The position numbers and the translations under genes are program-made. A DNA stretch of 17,390 bases from Nitrososphaerota archaeon (lineage in GTDB: Archaea; Thermoproteota; Nitrososphaeria_A; Caldarchaeales; Caldarchaeaceae), in the NCBI GenBank assembly GCA_038891515.1, contig JAWAEB010000032.1:1-17390 (forward strand), read 5' to 3'. Positions within the stretch are counted from its first letter, which is position 1. The number at the start of each line of letters is the position of its first letter. Positions 13,911-17,390 of this stretch are shown here, one piece after another. The notes under the pieces were generated by a model. That model was given only the letters and a program-made list of their open reading frames with translations. It was not told the origin of the DNA and made no database searches.

Positions 13911-15256
13911 CTCAGCAATCCCACCCTGTACATGAGAGCTAAGGCAAGCAGAATGGACAGGATACCCATGAACGTCGGATGTGAGTTAAGGAAGAATTGG
14001 ATGGTCTGACTTCTCTGCTGTATCGAGGGGGCACGTTGTAAAGCAAGATATGTGGAGAGGAGGGAGGCGCGCCACCACCTGTTGACGAACTCATCCGATG
14101 GTAGGACACCCCTCTCGACGAGTGGAAAATATTCACCTCTTACAGAAACTTTGGACATAGCTAGGGAGACAACATCATGAAGCTCCTGTATCTTGCCCAC
14201 GACTTGCTCAAGCTTCAGCAGGAGTGTAGGAAACCTGAGGTCAGCTATCATAATGCGGCGGCCAGCCACAGCCGCAATCTCCTCACCCGGGATAAGCGGG
14301 TCCAAGGGATAAACATCAAACGCATCAACTGGAAGCAACAATATCCTGTCGCCAGCCCTCCACATGGCAGCTATGCTCTTGGCCAAGCTTATGGCCTGCT
14401 CCCCTGCATATCTCGACTGCTTTAGATGGATGTTCTCAGCCGCATCTACCAACGACGCGAGAGACCTGAGCAGGTCCTGATAGCTATCAGAGTTCTTGGG
14501 CAGGGACAGCGATGCGTTCACCACATATTCTATATGAACCGCCCACAATGCCACCAGTTCAACAGGAGGCTCCAAACCAGCCTCATGGGCTGCACCCAGT
14601 AGCTGGGAGAGCTGGGAGAGAGAGCTAGTGAGTCCAATATATCCCCTTGCAGAGTAGTTTATTATATCATCCATATGCTGTGTATATTCTCTCAGCGCCT
14701 CCGATACATCAGGTGTGAGCGGCTGGCCACCGGTCATGAATGAGATGCGGGAGGAGAGGGTCAGGAAGGCGGCCTTCGAGGTGGGTGGCGCCCACCCCAG
14801 CCTCCTCTCAAGACTCTGCACCAGCTTAAGCATGTTAGCCTTACTTCTCAAATCCTTGGTGAGGCCATAGTGGAGGGAGAGAAAATTGGCCACCGTCAAA
14901 TGTGTAATAAGATTCTCAGCATAGGAGCTGCTACTAACATCAAAACCCAAATCTACCCCATCCTCTCCCTCGACCCGTCCATTAACCTGGGCCGCCACCC
15001 TATTCAATAGCTGAAGGGACTCAATGTCACCTAGACCCAAGTGCAGTAGGGCGGCCATGGATCCCACCAGTGCATGGCTCCTGAGAGAGCGGACAGGATC
15101 GAAACTAGCTGAGACGCTTCCATCAGATTCTACAATCCCAGTGACATATGCTAGGTCGGCTCTGAGAACGTCCCGAACGCCCGCCCCCTCCCCATTCACA
15201 ACCGGAAGAAAGAACAACGTAATCGTGAGAAATACAGGCACCAGTTTTGCTCCCAT
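13904..15256 (-). CDS. Uncharacterised secreted, C-terminally membrane-anchored protein (helical-repeat-like ectodomain)
   Basis: 450-aa ORF with an N-terminal signal-like segment (LVPVFLTITLFFLPVVNGEG) and a C-terminal TM (FMGILSILLALALMY). A TATA-like CTTATTAA is centred 28 nt upstream of ATG 15256. I recognise no family. Confidence 0.7.
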   Translation of the reverse strand: MGAKLVPVFLTITLFFLPVVNGEGAGVRDVLRADLAYVTGIVESDGSVSASFDPVRSLRSHALVGSMAALLHLGLGDIESLQLLNRVAAQVNGRVEGEDGVDLGFDVSSSSYAENLITHLTVANFLSLHYGLTKDLRSKANMLKLVQSLERRLGWAPPTSKAAFLTLSSRISFMTGGQPLTPDVSEALREYTQHMDDIINYSARGYIGLTSSLSQLSQLLGAAHEAGLEPPVELVALWAVHIEYVVNASLSLPKNSDSYQDLLRSLASLVDAAENIHLKQSRYAGEQAISLAKSIAAMWRAGDRILLLPVDAFDVYPLDPLIPGEEIAAVAGRRIMIADLRFPTLLLKLEQVVGKIQELHDVVSLAMSKVSVRGEYFPLVERGVLPSDEFVNRWWRASLLSTYLALQRAPSIQQRSQTIQFFLNSHPTFMGILSILLALALMYRVGLLRW

Positions 15257-15423
15257 TCTAGGGATGACAGCCTGAACGGCTTAATAAGTAATTAGCAGCG
15301 GCTAAGGTGGCTACCGACGTATGTCGCCACAACAGTGACAACAAGCATCCCATCCATGGGGGAGGGGTGGGCGCATTCCGACGGGGCCTAAGTTGGCAAT
15401 CACAAGGATCGGCGATGGGGGAG

Positions 15424-16395
15424 TTAGACTTTCAGAAGCTCTAGAAACTGATGATTATCCATATCTATTGGTATGAGTGCGGGTAGATCTACCCCGGCGG
15501 ACAGATAAGCTGAAATTCTCTCGACACAGTCTGAGACCGGCCCGCAGACGGTCAGCGAGTTAATTATCTCCGGCGTCACTAATTTCTTGGCCATTCCCAC
15601 ACCCCCACTAACGTACGCCTCTCTTATCCGTTGAAGCTCTTCATGGCGTATACCACTCTGCACAGCAATAGCTGGAAAATTAACAAGATAGGTGGAAACC
15701 ACACCACTCAGCGACCGTCGAGCGGATTCCCCATCACTGCTTACTGATGAAACCAAAAGACCAACCACCTCTAGGTCGCCCAACTTTCGACCAGCCTCGC
15801 AGGCACCCTCTTTGATGATCTTCACAGCCCTTTCGACGTAAGTGGTAGATGTGAACACGTTAAGAATCACACCATCAGCTATCTTCCCAGCCAACTTCAG
15901 CGCCTTGAAACCCGTCACAGCCAGATATATAGGAACATCTCTTCGAAAGGGCTCAAAATCCAGCTCCATATCTCTCAACCTCACATACCTACCCTTGTAG
16001 TCGACTCGACGTCCTTTGAATATTAATCTGATGGCCTCCACATACTCCTTTAATCTAGCGAGAGGTGCATCAAATTCTATCCCCTGACGCTCCAGTATGC
16101 TTGGTGAGCCGGTGCCTAGTCCAAGTATGATCCTACCCCTTGATACTTCATCCAAAACAGCGAAGGTCACTGCGATAAGTGATGCTGAACGTGTGTAGAT
16201 GTTGACTGCTGAGGAAGCAAGACGTGACCTTTTAGTGGTGATGGCTAGAGCCGCCAAGGGTGACACAGCGTCCATAGTGAACCGAGTCTCGGCAACCCAG
16301 AACGACTCTGCCCCTGCCTGCTCAGCATCCACCGCCAATCTTAATATCTCCGCCGGACGGGGTGTGCCTAGAAATCCAACACCAGCCCTGCCCAT
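15424..16395 (-). CDS. LLM-class (luciferase-like) F420/flavin-dependent oxidoreductase, Mer-like
   Basis: Family-typical sequence begins at ATG 16395 (MGRAGVGFLGTPRPAEILRLAVDAEQAGAESFWVAETRF...ILGLGTGS). A TATTTTTATG box is centred 28 nt upstream. The listed 389-aa ORF start at 16593 is an unlikely extension. Confidence 0.85.
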   Translation of the reverse strand: MGRAGVGFLGTPRPAEILRLAVDAEQAGAESFWVAETRFTMDAVSPLAALAITTKRSRLASSAVNIYTRSASLIAVTFAVLDEVSRGRIILGLGTGSPSILERQGIEFDAPLARLKEYVEAIRLIFKGRRVDYKGRYVRLRDMELDFEPFRRDVPIYLAVTGFKALKLAGKIADGVILNVFTSTTYVERAVKIIKEGACEAGRKLGDLEVVGLLVSSVSSDGESARRSLSGVVSTYLVNFPAIAVQSGIRHEELQRIREAYVSGGVGMAKKLVTPEIINSLTVCGPVSDCVERISAYLSAGVDLPALIPIDMDNHQFLELLKV

Positions 16396-16676
16396 CAACC
16401 ACCAAAAGAAAACCTCACATAAAAATATGTCGTAATGATGGGGGAGATTCCAGGTTGCCGGTAAATAGCTAAGGTTTTCCCCCACCTCTCCACTAATAAA
16501 AAATTTGGCATACCTTTTCATACGCCATGAAGCTAAGTGGCTACAGCTCCTTTGTTTATAAAATTGGGTCCAGCAGAGGCTAGTCATCCACAACCCCGTT
16601 CCAGAAAAAAATCAAACTAAACACGTATGTTACACCCGAACTCATTGATTGCCAAAAAATATACCCTCACCCCAGA

Positions 16677-16684
16677 TTTAAATA
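16677..16684 (+). promoter_or_regulatory. TATA-like box (TTTAAATA) for tRNA-Asp
   Basis: It is centred about 27 nt upstream of the mature tRNA 5' end at 16708. Confidence 0.45.
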
Positions 16685-16707
16685 AAGCCGCCACCCAGAC
16701 AACATAA

Positions 16708-16781
16708 GCCTGGGTGGTATAGCCTGGTTAGCATCGCCGGCTGTCGCCCGGTGGACCCGGGTTCAAATCCCGGCCCAGGCG
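16708..16781 (+). tRNA. tRNA-Asp (anticodon GUC), CCA not encoded
   Basis: Acceptor GCCTGGG/CCCAGGC, anticodon stem GCCGG/CCGGT with loop CTGTCGC, T arm CCGGG-TTCAAAT-CCCGG, discriminator G. The D stem (GTAT/GCAT) pairs poorly in my hand fold, which is the one non-canonical point. Confidence 0.82.
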
Positions 16782-16829
16782 CTTCTAGATATGCATTATT
16801 AGTGTGAGAGGGTTAAGGGGAAAGGATTA

Positions 16830-17327
16830 GGGGGAGGGCTGGTCAGGTGGTGTTAGACGTTCTTCGAGGCGTTGTTGTTTCCTTTTGATTGTGAATCCTA
16901 CGAGTTTAGCATTTCTGTCCTTCATCCTAGAATGGACCTGCCCTTAGAGGCGTATACCGCTATTATCTCGCCTGTGTCAACGTCTATTGCTGACCATAGA
17001 TAGACCCTTTCGCCAAGCCTCTTCTCGACAGTCTCATCCACTGCGACCAGCCTCCCAGGCTTACGTATAGGGTTGAAGGCTCTCCTCAGCCTATGAACCC
17101 ACTCCCTAACACTCTCCCTAGAAGCATCTGTGAAGCCATATCTCTCAGATACGTCCCTAAGGCTAAGGCCAGCTAAGAATAAGAGAGCAGCGTAAGCCTT
17201 CTCACGAGGACTATGAAACCTGAAAAGCCTAGACAAGACGTCAACGAGATAGTCGAAGACATGCATGACCAGATGAGAACATCTCAGGCCATAGGCCTAT
17301 CCGAGAAAGACTTAAGTTGACAGTGCC
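16830..17327 (-). mobile_element. IS6-family element, copy 2, internally deleted and lacking a recognisable second terminus
   Basis: The intact terminus CTTAAGTTGACAGTGCC at 17311-17327 is the reverse complement of GGCACTGTCAACTTAAG. The lower boundary is only approximate, because no matching inverted repeat is visible between 16782 and 16900. Confidence 0.6.
16922..17266 (-). pseudogene. Truncated IS6-family transposase (N-terminal 114 aa only)
   Basis: VAVDETVEKRLGERVYLWSAIDVDTGEIIAVYASKGRS fits the IS6 DDE first-Asp region (DET..K..G...YLW.AID). The frame stops right after GRSILG, and the downstream sequence resumes near the C-terminal LK[DE]R region, implying an internal deletion of the catalytic core. 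Confidence 0.7.
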
Positions 17328-17390
17328 CATGGCGTTCGGACCGCGTTGCGAGGTCCTCCCGCTCCGTCCTAGTCGGGGTGAACCCTCCCA

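Noticed and set aside
15257-15423. GC-rich 167-nt intergenic stretch with a GATGAC...CTGA pair and a small hairpin (GTGGC...GCCAC)
   Set aside because: The box spacing of 3 nt is incompatible with a C/D sRNA. The region is explained by the promoter of the 450-aa gene and the 3' end of the LLM gene.
16396-16593. N-terminal 66-aa extension of the LLM oxidoreductase ORF
   Set aside because: The extension has no similarity to the family, is Trp/Cys/Phe-rich, and contains the gene's own TATA-like box. ATG 16395 has correct promoter spacing.
1-17390. CRISPR arrays, cas genes, integrases, toxin-antitoxin pairs, restriction-modification or other known defence genes; duplicated tRNA 3' halves as att sites
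   Set aside because: I scanned for regularly spaced direct repeats and hallmark motifs and saw none. The only repeats are the IS/MITE termini, the 30-nt paralog block and short local repeats in 5570-5700. The lone methyltransferase has no nuclease or specificity partner and looks like a small-molecule or lipid enzyme.
17328-17390. GC-rich sequence after the IS6 terminus (CATGGCGTTCGGACCGCGTTGCGAGGTCCTCCCGCTCCGTCC...), possibly the start of a structured RNA or a gene
   Set aside because: It is too short and truncated by the window edge to classify, and I could recognise no tRNA-like or rRNA-like signature.

Overview
This looks like an archaeal chromosomal window of about 50% GC, probably from a hyperthermophilic crenarchaeal (Thermoproteota-type) genome. 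Three things support that: tRNA genes lack an encoded CCA, AGG/AGA/ATA codons are frequent, and nearly every gene start has an A/T-rich TATA-like box centred 24-28 nt upstream, implying leaderless mRNAs. Positions 1-5196 are an ordinary metabolic cluster: cupin, hydantoinase/oxoprolinase HyuB and HyuA, and an M24 Xaa-Pro peptidase. Positions 5197-6205 are a lower-GC decayed zone with an 18-bp perfect palindrome and a badly broken archaeal-ATPase (PF01637-like) pseudogene, ending at tRNA-Pro(GGG). The roughly 10.4 kb between tRNA-Pro (6206-6281, -) and tRNA-Asp(GUC) (16708-16781, +) looks accessory. It holds a divergent cluster of uncharacterised membrane proteins around a zinc-ribbon PrsW-family intramembrane protease, including two tandem 2-TM paralogs. 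It also holds a decayed IS6-family element with GGCACTGT termini, a flippase-like protein plus SAM methyltransferase pair, and a PCu(A)C-like copper chaperone. A 96-bp MITE-like element with termini resembling the IS6 ends sits here too. The rest of the interval is a PRC-barrel protein, a two-gene secreted plus polytopic membrane operon of unknown function, and an LLM/F420-type oxidoreductase. A second, internally deleted IS6 copy follows tRNA-Asp. The most interesting signal is a near-identical C-terminal tail (CPxCG-x2-L-x4-QYQ[KR]-aromatic-aromatic-C-x2-E-x-KYV-stop) behind a poly-proline linker. It sits on two otherwise unrelated proteins 5.5 kb apart, the 4-TM protein and the PRC-barrel protein, in a neighbourhood rich in zinc ribbons and poly-Pro tracts. 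I found no CRISPR array, rRNA, integrase or recognisable defence gene. All family assignments come from reading motifs by eye, without database searches.
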